Assembly (NCBI RefSeq): GCF_006345805.1
Contig: NC_042997.1
Span: 196,106,001-196,170,000 of the forward strand
Source of the DNA: Octopus sinensis
Taxonomy: Eukaryota
Reading direction: 5' to 3'
DNA: 64,000 nt
Positions 1-12,414 of this stretch are shown here, in pieces. The notes under the pieces are model-generated. The model was given only the letters and a program-made list of their open reading frames with translations. It searched no databases and had not been told where the DNA came from. A program made the translations under genes and the position numbers. Within the stretch, counting starts at the first letter, position 1. Every line of letters starts with the position of its first letter.

Positions 1-186
1 CATAAGATCTAGCTGGTACTTCATCATATACCTAGCGTAGTTCTATCGATCGGTTGCGAACAGCAGAGAGGTGATCGGAGTGAGAGCGTCTATAAAGAAG
101 TCAACATCGTTTGTTCTGATGGCATGATTGAGTACATGATTATCATGCATTCTTTCGATGTAATCCATCCAGAATTGAGCGGTAGA
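1..186 (-). pseudogene. Stop-interrupted fragment of an uncharacterised transposase-like protein (invertebrate 'FW..YI...F.....NYARY' family); runs off the window edge
   Basis: Manual minus-strand translation (not in the ORF track): STAQFWMDYIERMHDNHVLNHAIRTNDVDFFIDALTPITSLLFATDR*NYARYMMKYQLDLM, with TAG at 45-43. The motif spacing resembles a family of large repeated invertebrate hypothetical proteins as I recall it. The superfamily cannot be named with confidence. Confidence 0.6.
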
Positions 187-189
187 TCA

Positions 190-234
190 TCGAGCTTATT
201 GTTATTGTTATCACCATCATTATCATTATTATCA

Positions 235-294
<60 letters not shown>

Positions 295-443
295 TGTTTG
301 ACTTTTGCTTTATATTTGTACAAGTTGGCTCCAAGTCTCACCCAGAGACTTCAAGAGACAACAGGTTGGAAGTTCACGTTGTTGTTATGCCTAGTGTGCC
401 ATATATTTGGGCTTTTTTGTTGTTATTATTATTTTTTTTATTG

Positions 444-501
<58 letters not shown>

Positions 502-527
502 GATTATTAATATTTTCATCATCATCA

Positions 528-585
<58 letters not shown>

Positions 586-655
586 CATTATTATCATTAT
601 TATTTTCATAATTGTTATTATTATTATTATTGTTGTTGTTGTTGCTAATTTTGCT
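190..655. repeat. Compound (ATT)n/(CAT)n/(GTT)n microsatellite, interrupted at about 295-410
   Basis: Direct reading; explains the poly-N/I/L/Y ORFs at 90-973. Confidence 0.95.
293..412 (-). mobile_element. Probable 3' UTR end of a (TAA)n-targeting non-LTR retrotransposon
   Basis: Unique 120-bp piece that ends ...GCAAAAGTCAAACAG and runs into (AAT)n on the minus strand. It has the same orientation relative to the TAA strand as the Dong/R4-like ends at 29459-30600. No coding evidence. Confidence 0.4.
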
Positions 656-789
656 ATAGTTGTTTTATTATTCTCTACCAACTTCCAGCACACTCCCATT
701 TTTTCCTCATTTTCTGCTATTTTTTCTTTTGACCCTTATAATTTAACTGTCCGTCTTATACCTATAATAATTCAATATCATTTCTCTTG

Positions 790-1065
790 TATCTGCATTA
801 CAGTCATCGGCGCCGCCGCCGTAACCACCGCTGCAACCACCGCAGCTAACGTCGTCGTCGTCGTCATCATTGCATTCCTTCCTACCATCATCAACTTCAT
901 AATCGTTCTCCTCCTCCTCATCATCATCATCATCGCCATTGGTCATTGTCTTCATCATTATCTCCGTTGTTAATATATTCATCGTCCCCTTCTTCTGCCT
1001 CCTCCGCTCCATTATCATCATCGTAGTCAATATCATCATCATCATCATCATCATCATCGTCATCG

Positions 1066-1101
<36 letters not shown>

Positions 1102-1200
1102 CGTCATCGGCATCGCTACCTGAGATACTATTCCCATCACCACCACCACTATTGTCAGCTGCATCGGCACCACAGTCCCTCCACCACCTTCACAACAATG
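790..1200. repeat. Low-complexity trinucleotide mosaic (CAT/CGT/CAC/CTC)
   Basis: Runs of catcatcat, cgtcgtcgt, caccaccac. Confidence 0.85.
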
Positions 1201-1475
1201 ATTACTCTATTTAAATACAATAAACTCTTTGTACTGCAACGACGACGGTGTGTGTGCGTGTGTGTGTGTATGTGTGTGTGTGTGTGTGTGCCTGTATTTT
1301 TGTTGTTGTAGGTACATATAAGATGTCAGCATATTTACTTTCACTACCCCCACAACCACCACCATCACCTCCTTACACACCCTCCACACCGAGCCCGCTG
1401 TTTAATAAATCGAAACGACTAAAGACAAGGGCACAACAATATATGTCATCAATTAACCCCCGGCAGTAAATAAGA

Positions 1476-1568
1476 TTAAAGGCCAGTTAAAGAGAATTTG
1501 ATCTGATTGAAGTCTCGAACGGAATCTTTAACAGCTTGTAATCGGCCATGAATGTCTTCTGAAGATGT
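1476..1568 (-). CDS. Candidate terminal exon (TSSEDIHGRLQAVKDSVRDFNQIKFSLTGL*) of an unidentified minus-strand gene
   Basis: Long polypyrimidine tract plus CAG acceptor (cctttcttccttcctatctcgcag|ACA), 30 open codons to TAA at 1478-1476, and ATTAAA about 70 nt downstream. No homology recognised. Confidence 0.3.
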   Translation of the reverse strand, partial: TSSEDIHGRLQAVKDSVRDFNQIKFSLTGL

Positions 1569-1740
1569 CTGCGAGATAGGAAGGAAGAAAGGCAAGACTG
1601 GAAGGAAAGGTAAAGATCTATAGATCTATAGTGGTAAGAATGGTCATAGCACCTGATTTCTAAGAATGCTAATCTAAGATTAATAAAACACCAAAGTACT
1701 AAATACCCTACTAAGGGCCACAAAATAAACACACTCACTT

Positions 1741-3330
<1,590 letters not shown>

Positions 3331-3380
3331 GTGTCTTATTAATTTAACACACTCACCGATCTGATTCAAACTCATTTATT

Positions 3381-3488
3381 TACTTACATTTTTCTAAAAT
3401 TTTCGTTGCATCTTGCAACGTTCCTAATAGTTGTTGACTTTGTCCGTTATCGGACCTGCGTTCTATTTTTTGTGCGCTTGCGTGTATG

Positions 3489-3522
<34 letters not shown>

Positions 3523-3528
3523 TGTATG

Positions 3529-3560
<32 letters not shown>

Positions 3561-3816
3561 TGTTCACATATGTATTATGTATTATGTATGTATGTTCACA
3601 TATGTATTATGTATGTATGTATGTATGTATGTATGTATGTATGTATGTATGTATGTATGTATGTATGTGTATGTGTACATACATAAGTATGTGTATGCGT
3701 AAGCAATGAGACGCACACGCATGCGTACAAAAAGCAACGCGGTTCCGATAACGGAAGAAGCCAACGACTATTGAAAATGTTGGAAAACGCAACGAAAATT
3801 TTCGTAAAAATAAGTA
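3381..3816. mobile_element. MITE-like element: about 105-bp imperfect terminal inverted repeats around a (TATG)n core
   Basis: Left arm aaaattttcgttgc...ccgttatcgga...gcgtgt (about 3381-3486) matches the reverse complement of the right arm acacgc...tccgataacgg...gcaacgaaaatttt (about 3712-3816). Confidence 0.7.
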
Positions 3817-3896
3817 TATTCTTATTTATTTATTTACTTCCTCGTGGCTGTATTGGTTTAGTATTTGAAGGAGATAGTTCTCCCTCAAATACTGAA

Positions 3897-3961
3897 TGGC
3901 GTAGTGGTTAAGAGCGCGAGCTACTAACCCCAAGATTCCCAGTTCGATTCCAGGCAGTGAT

Positions 3962-3995
<34 letters not shown>

Positions 3996-4013
3996 TAATA
4001 ATAATAATAATAA
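3897..4013 (+). mobile_element. tRNA-derived SINE head (Pol III boxes A and B) followed by (AAT)n
   Basis: Box A TGGCGTAGTGG at 3897-3907 and box B AGTTCGATTCC at 3941-3951. The acceptor and anticodon stems are broken, so this is not a tRNA gene. Confidence 0.65.
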
Positions 4014-4045
4014 TAGCATCAAAAATTACTTAGGAATGCGAACAT

Positions 4046-4271
4046 AAAATAAAACTGGATCTCTTCCTGTCAGGTGTCCCAGATGATCCAACTTCACGGC
4101 AGGAGATGCAGATGAGGGCAGCTGCATCGAACTCTCTCATGCCCCAAATGGCAATTGCTAAAAAGCATTCGTGAAATAAATTTATGTAGCAACACCGAAT
4201 GGCGGTGCCCCAGCATGGCCACAGCTCGTGAGCTGAAACTAGATAAAATAAAAATAAAATAAATAAATAAA
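4046..4271 (+). mobile_element. 5'-truncated 3' end of a CR1/L2-group-like LINE (ORF2 C-terminus, 3' UTR, (AAAT)n tail)
   Basis: Translates KIKLDLFLSGVPDDPTSRQEMQMRAAASNSLMPQMAIAKKHS* (LD.FL..VPD.P...RAA.SNSL pattern). Ends ...CCAGCATGGCCACAGCTCGTGAGCTGAAACTAG plus an A-rich tail. ACATA is present at both ends (possible TSD). Clade is uncertain. Confidence 0.65.
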
Positions 4272-4295
4272 TACATAGGTTCGAAATTTCCCCAA

Positions 4296-4341
4296 GACAC
4301 CAGACGAAAGCTGGATGGTATATCACCTGAAACGTAGTGTT
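4296..4341 (+). ncRNA. Degenerate minimal type-I hammerhead motif (GACAC family)
   Basis: GACAC-CAGACGA-(eroded stem II)-GAAAC-GTA-GTGTT; stem I is GACAC/GTGTT; core has U4>A. Confidence 0.45.
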
Positions 4342-5124
4342 AAAAACAAACACGATGAGGAAATTAGCAATGGAGATAGATCTCAATTAGATATTATAGG
4401 AATTAATATACTTCTAAGCGTGACTATATATATTATCTAATGCTTAATTTTAGCATTAAACTTATATATTCTTAAGTCCTGGTATATTGTTGGTTACTAT
4501 AGAATTTATATATCAATATCACACAGATTTTTTAGTACGTCTTCGGTCGGTGATTAATTATTTATATTTATTATATATATGCTTGTAAACTAATGCTTAT
4601 ATTTGCATAATAACAGATTCTCATATACCTACTCTTGTTGCACTTTTCCTTTTTCTCTATACATATAAATTATGTTTTCTATTTTTACATAAATGCACTC
4701 AAAAATATTTTTTCCCTTATTACACTTCTTATATATATTTTAGTCACACATACACCTTAATTACTTAAATAATTACAAATTATCTTTATGTATATTCACC
4801 CTAATTTTTCTGTTCATAATTATTTATAGCATTAATTAACATACTGCTTACGTTGTAAATTTAATAACTACCCGTAATATATTACTACCTATATTTTTGT
4901 AACCACGTTCACAATTGTTTTCATTTGAGACTTAATTAAACTTTAGAGATATATATCTTATATTACCATATCCTATTCTTTATTTTCATTTTATTTATAA
5001 CTTCAATAAATATACTACCTCCCTCCTCGTATGGTTTATATTTTGTTCTTTCTACAAAACATTTATTAGTGGATTTTCTCCCTATACTCAACAAACAATA
5101 ATATGCAAATGTAATAGCATGTGA

Positions 5125-5195
5125 GATTCGACTTTAAAATGTTTTGAATTGTACTAATTAATTTCTAGAGTCTTGAATCGAAACAGCTGTCAGAG
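5125..5195 (+). ncRNA. Hammerhead relic, 3' half intact
   Basis: Stem II GATTC...GAATC, then GAAAC-AGCT-GTC-AGAG. The 5' CUGANGA core is eroded (CATGTGA). Confidence 0.35.
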
Positions 5196-5280
5196 ATGAT
5201 ATCCAATTTTGTAATTAATAAATAATTATTAATTTTATTGTCTCTGTTTTGTTATAAAAAATAAACACACACACACACAC

Positions 5281-5365
<85 letters not shown>

Positions 5366-6157
5366 ATATATTGCATTCTAGCTCTACAGCTACAGCTGTA
5401 CATCCGGCGCTGTGCGTGAGCAAAACGTCGTCTATGGAATTAATTAGCTCTGTCATTTACCTTGGTTGGTTTTGGAATTTTCGTTCGGAAATTTATTCCT
5501 CAGGGTAAGTCAGAATTTGTTGATAAACCGCCAACCGCCTAAACCAACTTCAATTACGTCGTTGAAACATTTACCTTCCACTATACTTTCTATACTTGAA
5601 GTAAAATTGGGTTACTCTTATTTATCATTCTTTTCTCTGCTTCCTTTTCCTCTTTACGTCTTTACCACCGTCTCCTCCTCGTTTTTGCTATCTTTCAGCT
5701 TATCAAAAGGCAATAATACTTCTTTATTTGACCTGACACCAGGCTTTACAACATTACCCACTAAGACAGAATAATACGAGGGGTATGTATCTATACATGT
5801 ATACGTACAAACGCGAATATATTTATTTACGTACATACATCGACATATACATATACATTATACACACACACATATATATATAATGCGGGAACTTCTATTT
5901 CAGATTATACAAAAAGAACCTAATGAGTATATCTTACAGTAAACTCATGGTATCAGTTTGCACATCACGAAATAACACTTAAAAGATATAACCAAATTTT
6001 CCAGCTGGGTATATAATGTACTTCATTAATTATATCATACTTTAGTTAATACTTATATTTATTAAATATGAAGGAACTACACGTGTATCAATATTGGAAG
6101 ATTACAATATATATATATATACAGGACTGTATACCCATATATATATATATATATTAT

Positions 6158-6239
6158 ATTAAATTAGAGATAAAACCACTATTAGGCAAATCAAACAATG
6201 AAAAACTTAAGCCATAAAATTAATTAATTTATATTATTT

Positions 6240-6240
<1 letters not shown>
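6158..6240 (+). repeat. Fragment of the (TA)n-embedded family whose palindromic copy is at 36774-37099
   Basis: aattagagataaaaccactattaggcaaatcaaacaatgaaaaacttaa resembles aattagagacaaaaccactattttgcaaaacaaacaaggaaagacttaa. Confidence 0.6.
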
Positions 6241-6329
<89 letters not shown>

Positions 6330-7412
6330 GTATAAAGGCATATATGCAATCGTCAGATTTACAACACATCTTCAGCTTCTATTTCAAAATATTATATATC
6401 TAATTTTACATCCTTTAAAAATAAGGAATACAATTAAGCGTTGAAGATGAAAAATTTGCGAATTAAAAATTAAAAATTAAAATTATACTTTGTAATATTA
6501 CGAATTAAAATTTATAAATTATGCATTTTAAATATGAATTAGCTTATATATCTCAATCATGTACAATCAAGTATATGTCAAATATAGAATGTGAGATATA
6601 TGATCAAACATCAGAATAAAAATTATATATAGCCAGAAAAATTCAAATACATATCTTCCTTTTTTTTTGCTGATACTAAAATGGTGATTTGAGGAAGAAG
6701 ATAGCAGGGAACTATGGGTATTTAAAGGTGATTAGTACCAAGTAGTGTAATTACACTACACATAGTTTTAATTTTAAAATATCCTCTATTATTATTTTCA
6801 AATTTACCTATATTGGGATGTATATCTAATTTATTATTATATAATTTTAGTAATATTTAATTCATATATTTATTTTGTTTAAATTATTGCGTTATTTATT
6901 TAGTATTTATTTATTATTTTTTTATTTATATACTCTATTCAAATACTTTTTGCATGCATAGGTATTCGTATGTGTGCGTCTATGTATATGTGTAAGTAAG
7001 CGTGTATGTTTATACATATGCACATACATACATGGATGTATATGTTTGCTTGTATACCCTTATATTTGTGTAGATGTGTATTTGCGTACGTATTTCCATA
7101 TATTTATATATGTAATCTTATATGTATATTTATGCCAATATGCACTTTTGTATACAGATATATTCGTAATTTTATTTTATGTACCTTTGTTACTTATAAT
7201 CCGCCTTTTTTTTTCCTTACCGAAAGAATCCTTTCTCTCCGTATTCGTTACTTTTATAAGGTCTTAAGAATGCGTTCCTATTCTCTCCCCCTTACTTTCC
7301 TGTTCTGCTTGATAACTGTTACAGTTAAGATCCTTCCTTTCATTTTTCTCCCCCCTTACTACTTTACTTGTAATCTAGCTTGTCTGTTATAACTTCTATA
7401 TCTATACACCAA

Positions 7413-7639
7413 GGCGAACTGGCATAAACGTTAGCACGCCGGGCGAAATGCGTAGCCGTATTTCGTCTGTTGTTACGTTCTGAGTTCAAATTCCGCCGAG
7501 GTCGACTTTGCCTTTCATCCTTTCGGGGTCGATAAATTAAGTACCAGTTACGCACTGGGGTCGATGTAATCGACTTAATCCGTTTGTCTATCCTTGTTTG
7601 TCCCCTCTGTGTTTAGCCCCTTGTGGATAGTAATGAAAT
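7413..7639 (+). mobile_element. SINE family A (tRNA head, central GCCTTTCATCCTTTCGGGGTCGATAAA domain, AGCCCCTTGTGG tail)
   Basis: Near-identical copies throughout the window. Box B is GAGTTCAAATTCC. The central domain resembles the Meta-type SINE domain (recollection, untested). Confidence 0.9.
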
Positions 7640-8115
7640 ATATATCTATACACCAAGTGATTTACGCATTCGAGCATGGTTGCGTACATATGTATATGTG
7701 TATTTATGCGTATATCTATGTCTTACATATATATGTCTGTATATGTATGCAGTCTCTGTGTATCCATCTGTGTATTTTGATGTATACGTGTATTTTATAG
7801 TATTCGTCTAGTATTCGTATATACTGTCGTAAAATATTTATGTAATGCATCTTAATAATTTTAATTTTAATTTTGATGTATTAATTGAATTATATTTCGT
7901 ATATAGTTCTTTTTGAATCCACTCTTTGATTAAAGGTTTTCCTCAATTTTTATAATAGGATCAATTTATACTGAATTCATTTATTTTGTTTATTTTGTTC
8001 CTTGCATGCTTAAGATCATTAATTGAAAGGACCAAAGAAACAAATCCACTTTTAAAGATGTATCCTTTAACTGGTTTTGACCATATCATTATTTCTATTT
8101 CTGTTTTTAAGAAAA

Positions 8116-8153
8116 CTGTCCGACGAACGGTAACGTGAAACTCTAAGTAACAG
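8116..8153 (+). ncRNA. Minimal type-I hammerhead motif with one core substitution
   Basis: CTGT-CCGACGA-ACG(GTAA)CGT-GAAAC-TCTAA-GTA-ACAG. Stem I is 4 bp, stem II is 3 bp with a GNRA loop, cleavage triplet GUA, core U4>C. Confidence 0.6.
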
Positions 8154-8186
8154 CATTTGTTATATTTCTGCAGCTTTTAAATAAAG

Positions 8187-8252
<66 letters not shown>

Positions 8253-8321
8253 GGGGGGGTGTATGTATGTATGTATGTATGTATGTATGTATGTATGTAT
8301 GTAGTTGAAAGTTACAGAAAA

Positions 8322-8480
8322 GCAAAAAAGAGGAAGACAGGTGTATGAGCGACAAGCAGGTGTATTAGTTTGACACTCTGGAAAGTGAGAATGTCTTTTA
8401 TATTTCGAGCCTTCAACAGAAAGGAATATGAGGAAATAAAAAAAGAGAGAATAATACAAAAAATTAGATATCAAACATGG
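8322..8480 (-). mobile_element. Short element of the CUGUNGA-hammerhead family, with a 7-nt deletion in stem II
   Basis: Aligns with 27630-27760 and 51805-51985. The motif at 8424-8394 reads CCTTT-CTGTTGA-AGGCTC-GAAAT-ATA-AAAGA. Confidence 0.55.
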
Positions 8481-8544
8481 CGACTAGTTGGGAAAGTATA
8501 GTTTGACAGGAGAGCTAGGAAGAAGCGAGATAATAAAGTACTGG

Positions 8545-8718
8545 TGATCCCAGAACGAGGCGCAGGAGATCCTGTATTGTAAGAAGCTTCCTTTCCAAAG
8601 ACATATTCCTGATTCAGTCCCACTCCGTTGCGCCTTCGGCAAGAGTCATCTACTATATCCTCGGGCCGCCCCCAAAATGTGTGAGTAGATCTGGTAGACG
8701 GAAACTGAAAGAAGCGCG

Positions 8719-8722
<4 letters not shown>
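8545..8722 (+). mobile_element. Degenerate 5' half of SINE family B
   Basis: ttcagtcccact...ggcaag...tggtagacggaaactgaaagaagc followed by (TA)n(TG)n. Confidence 0.7.
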
Positions 8723-8760
<38 letters not shown>

Positions 8761-8770
8761 GTGTGTTTGT

Positions 8771-8815
<45 letters not shown>

Positions 8816-8825
8816 TGTGTGTATA

Positions 8826-10030
8826 CAGGAGTTGGTAAAAATAAAGGAAACACCTTAAAATTTCAAACAAATCCAATATGAGGTAGGACCCACTTTTGCA
8901 GTAATTACAGCTTGAATTCTATCGTACAAAGATAGAATTGTTTCCATGGGAACTTGTGTCGATTCATAAGCTAAAACAGTCTCCAGTTCTTGTAGTGAAG
9001 ATGGTGGTGGAGGATATCGGCTACTTACTAAAATGCACCATAAATGCTCAATACTATTGAGATCTAGGGACTGTGGTGGCCAGATAAGATGTTCAACTTC
9101 ACTAGAATATTCCTCGTGCCATTCAGTGTGAATTGGTGCATTATCATCCTGAAAGATTGAGTTTCACCTCAGAAACAGTTCCGCAACCATAGGATGAACT
9201 TAATCAGATAAACTGCTTAAATAGCCTTGACTATTAATTCTGCCATGAAGGAAAACTACTGTGCCGTCAGATTTCCAAGATATAACCCCCACCCCTGATC
9301 ATCACAGATCCTCCCTCATGTTTAACAGCTGCAAGTTGGCAACCTGGGTTAAATGCTTCTTTTGGCTGTTTCCACACGCATACTCAGCCGGTAAAGGATG
9401 ACTCGTCCGAGAAAATAATATTCTTCCACTGATCTGGGTACTAATTCGGTAGGTTTTTACTCCCCACTAAACTCATTGCAACGTTTGTTTTTGAAAGTAG
9501 TGGTTTTCTGATTACATCCCTTTCGTGAAATCCGGCTTTGTGCAGCTCCCGGTGAAAAGTTTTTTTGTGGAAACTAGATTCTCGAGGTAGTCATTAAGCT
9601 CTGCAGTAATTTTGATATCTGTACTTTTGTGATCTTTCTAACAATTCGCGTAAGAATCCGACAGACACTTTCTGAAAGTTTTCATTTTCTTCTAGAGTTT
9701 TCTTTCGACGAGGAAGTTTTTCCCTCTTTCTCAAAGGTTGCCGTTCGTTTTGAAACAGTACTTGTTCATCCACCAAACGCTAAAACCTGCCATACGAGCA
9801 CCAACAATTTGACCACTTTGAAAGTCCGATAGATCTTTCATGTTAATAAATTTTAATTACCTTTTTCTGATGATATCTGAAAAGAAAGAGCAATTTTAGC
9901 AAAACATATTAAGCAATACTAATAATAAATCAAGAAACTTAAGAATAAACAAGCTTTTGACGGTTTTATAGATATTTCAAAATTATGATGTTATGATACT
10001 AGGTGTTTCCATTATTTTGTCCGACTCCTG
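8826..10030 (-). mobile_element. Near-full-length decayed Tc1-family (DD34E-type) DNA transposon
   Basis: About 30-bp TIRs (CAGGAGTTGGTAAAAATAAAGGAAACACCT / AGGTGTTTCCATTATTTTGTCCGACTCCTG) flanked by TA at 8824-25 and 10031-32. Confidence 0.92.
8874..9841 (-). pseudogene. Tc1 transposase pseudogene
   Basis: MKDLSDFQSGQIVGARMAG from ATG 9841; QWKNIIFSDESSF at about 9400; IFQDDNAPIH at about 9145; WPPQSLDLNSIEHLW at about 9050. Stops, frameshifts and small deletions are present. Confidence 0.9.
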
Positions 10031-10304
10031 TATCGATACATGAATTGGCACCTATACATACATCTTTGTTACTTATCTATATTGTCACATCTGAATTACC
10101 AAGAGCGGATATCTTCACTTAGCTGAGGTACTGTGTCTGCACACACGAGAGGGCACAAGTAACCTTACATAGAGGCTTGATAATAAAAATTCAAATGATA
10201 TTTTGTGGGTGTACAGATTATAGCGGATTAGCAAGGTGCCTTAATTTAAGTACGTTATTCAACTAAATCATAAGTATATGTTTGTGGGTATTACTGTATT
10301 TACG

Positions 10305-10495
10305 TGTTTGTGTTTGTCCTCCCAACCACATCGCTTGACAACCGATGTTCCCATGATTTAACATTTCGGCAAAAGAGACCGATAGATTAAGTACTAGGCT
10401 TACAAAGAATAAGTCCTGGGGTCGATTTCTTCGACAAAAAAGGTGGTGCTCCAGCATGGCAGCAGTGAAATGCCTAAAACAAGTAGAAGAATACA
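10305..10495 (+). mobile_element. 3' half of SINE family B
   Basis: catcgcttgacaaccgat...gagaccgatag...gtgctccagcatggc. Confidence 0.85.
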
Positions 10496-10498
10496 CAC

Positions 10499-10540
<42 letters not shown>

Positions 10541-10611
10541 CTTCTTATGATAAAAGGCAGATTTTCTCTGCCTGTGACTATGTTTCTTTTTAGTACATTT
10601 GTACAATATAG

Positions 10612-11070
10612 AATTTCTTCAATTGGAATTTACCTATGATTTTTCGAAGTAGATTCGAGTGGGTCATGGCATATAAATTTTTTTCAATTTCACCCCCAAT
10701 TAAGCAAAAATTCGGGAAAACTAAATATTTTACGAGTTGCCTCTCTCATTTCAAGTGCTTCACTCCTTCTATTACAACACTTTCTCCTACTTTCTCTTTG
10801 CAAGTGTACCTTAAACCACTACTCAAAAAAAAAAACAGAGGGAACACAAACAAACAAATACATAACGATTTACTCCTCACACAATTTCTTCAATTAGAAT
10901 TTAACTATGATTTTTAGAAGTACATTCCATTGGGTCATGGCATATAAATTTCTTTCAATTTGACCCCCAATTAAGCAAAAATTCGAGAAAACTCAATATT
11001 TTACGATTTCCCTCTCTCACTTCAAATGCTTCACTCCTTCTATTACCACACTTTCTCCTACTTTCTCTTT
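10612..11070 (+). repeat. Direct duplication of a unit of about 190 bp, period about 271 bp
   Basis: aatttcttcaatt(g/a)gaattt...ttctcctactttctcttt at 10612-10800 and at 10883-11070. Confidence 0.9.
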
Positions 11071-11859
11071 ACACACCTAGACACGCAAACATATACATAT
11101 ATGACAGTGACAAACACAAACGTTTCAAACAACTACATACAAACACTCAAACACACACACAGACACGTGTGTGTTTGTTATTAGTAAAAAAAAGGCGCCA
11201 AACACAATTCACTTTCTCATTCGAACACATTTGCAAAAACACACACACAATTCACTGACATATGGTGAGTAGATGCTAGCCGCTCACATTATGAGTTACA
11301 CTATTACACCAATTGTACTGGGACTGTTGTCTCCTTCCCGTTAGTTTTTAGTGTCGAGGAAACAAAACTTTCTCGAGAAATAACAACAACAAAAAAACAC
11401 TCCTAGATTTCACAAAGGACTTTAAGAAACGATAGGAACTAAGTTCAGTTGAAGAAAAGAGAGGGATTTAAGGAAATCAGACGTTCGAATTGTCATAACT
11501 CAACAGAAAAGGTAAATTGGTTTTTAATTTACTTTCTGTCGCTAAGTTTTTGTAGTATTAATTTGCGAGCGCACTTCAGTTGTCAATTGTTGAAAGAAAG
11601 AAATTGTAAGCTAAGAAGGTATGTGTGTGTGTGTGTGCGTGCAGTTGTGTGTGTGTATCTGCGTGTGTGTGTGTGTGAATGTGTGTGTGCGTGCAGTTGT
11701 GTGTGTGTATCTGCGTGTGTGTGTGTGTGTGTGAATGTGTGTGTGTAGGAAGTGAAGGATAAAAATATGGCAAGAAGTGGACAGATGTACATATATACAT
11801 AGATCCATACATACATACATGTGTGTGTGTGTGTATGTATGTGTATTAATATGTGTGTA

Positions 11860-12245
11860 TCTCTCTATATAAAGCTGAAGTTGTCTGTGTGCGCCAGGTT
11901 TGGTAGCCTTCAACTAACACTATCTCCTCCGAAACCCTGCGGCGCAAGTTGACCAAAATTCAGAGTATGATAGACGAAGGCTTGCTCTTCCTTCTGTAGA
12001 AGATAAAATTCAAATCGAACCATGTTAACACCAAAACTTATTTACATCAAAAAGTTGCTTTTTTCTATGAAAATCCCTGTTTTTTACGATTTTTCCCTGC
12101 TGTGTAGCCAATTTTCAGTGTATTTCAACCAGAAAAATGTTCACTTGAAGAGAATAACAAGTTACATAATGCAAAATTTTTAAGTTCAAAAATTCCAATT
12201 GCAGCAGTCGAACCAAACCCGAGCAACGCCGGGCGATACTGCTAG
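11860..12245 (+). mobile_element. Non-autonomous Helitron
   Basis: 5' TC after A (11859|11860), subterminal hairpin CCCGAGCAACGCCGGG at 12218-12233, 3' CTAG at 12242-12245 followed by T. Confidence 0.8.
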
Positions 12246-12378
12246 TATATCTAAACTTTAGTTTTAATTATAATTAAAACTAAAGTTTAGATATGAAATT
12301 TTACAAGTTAGCATCCGTGTTTTCAATACACTCTCTTCCATATCATACATTTAGAAACATACATACATGTATATATAT

Positions 12379-12414
<36 letters not shown>

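Noticed and set aside
743-1102. Acidic, Gly-rich ORF on the minus strand
   Set aside because: A trinucleotide mosaic with no splice or homology support.
3897-3957. tRNA gene
   Set aside because: Boxes A and B are present but the cloverleaf stems are broken; this and the other tRNA-like segments are SINE heads.
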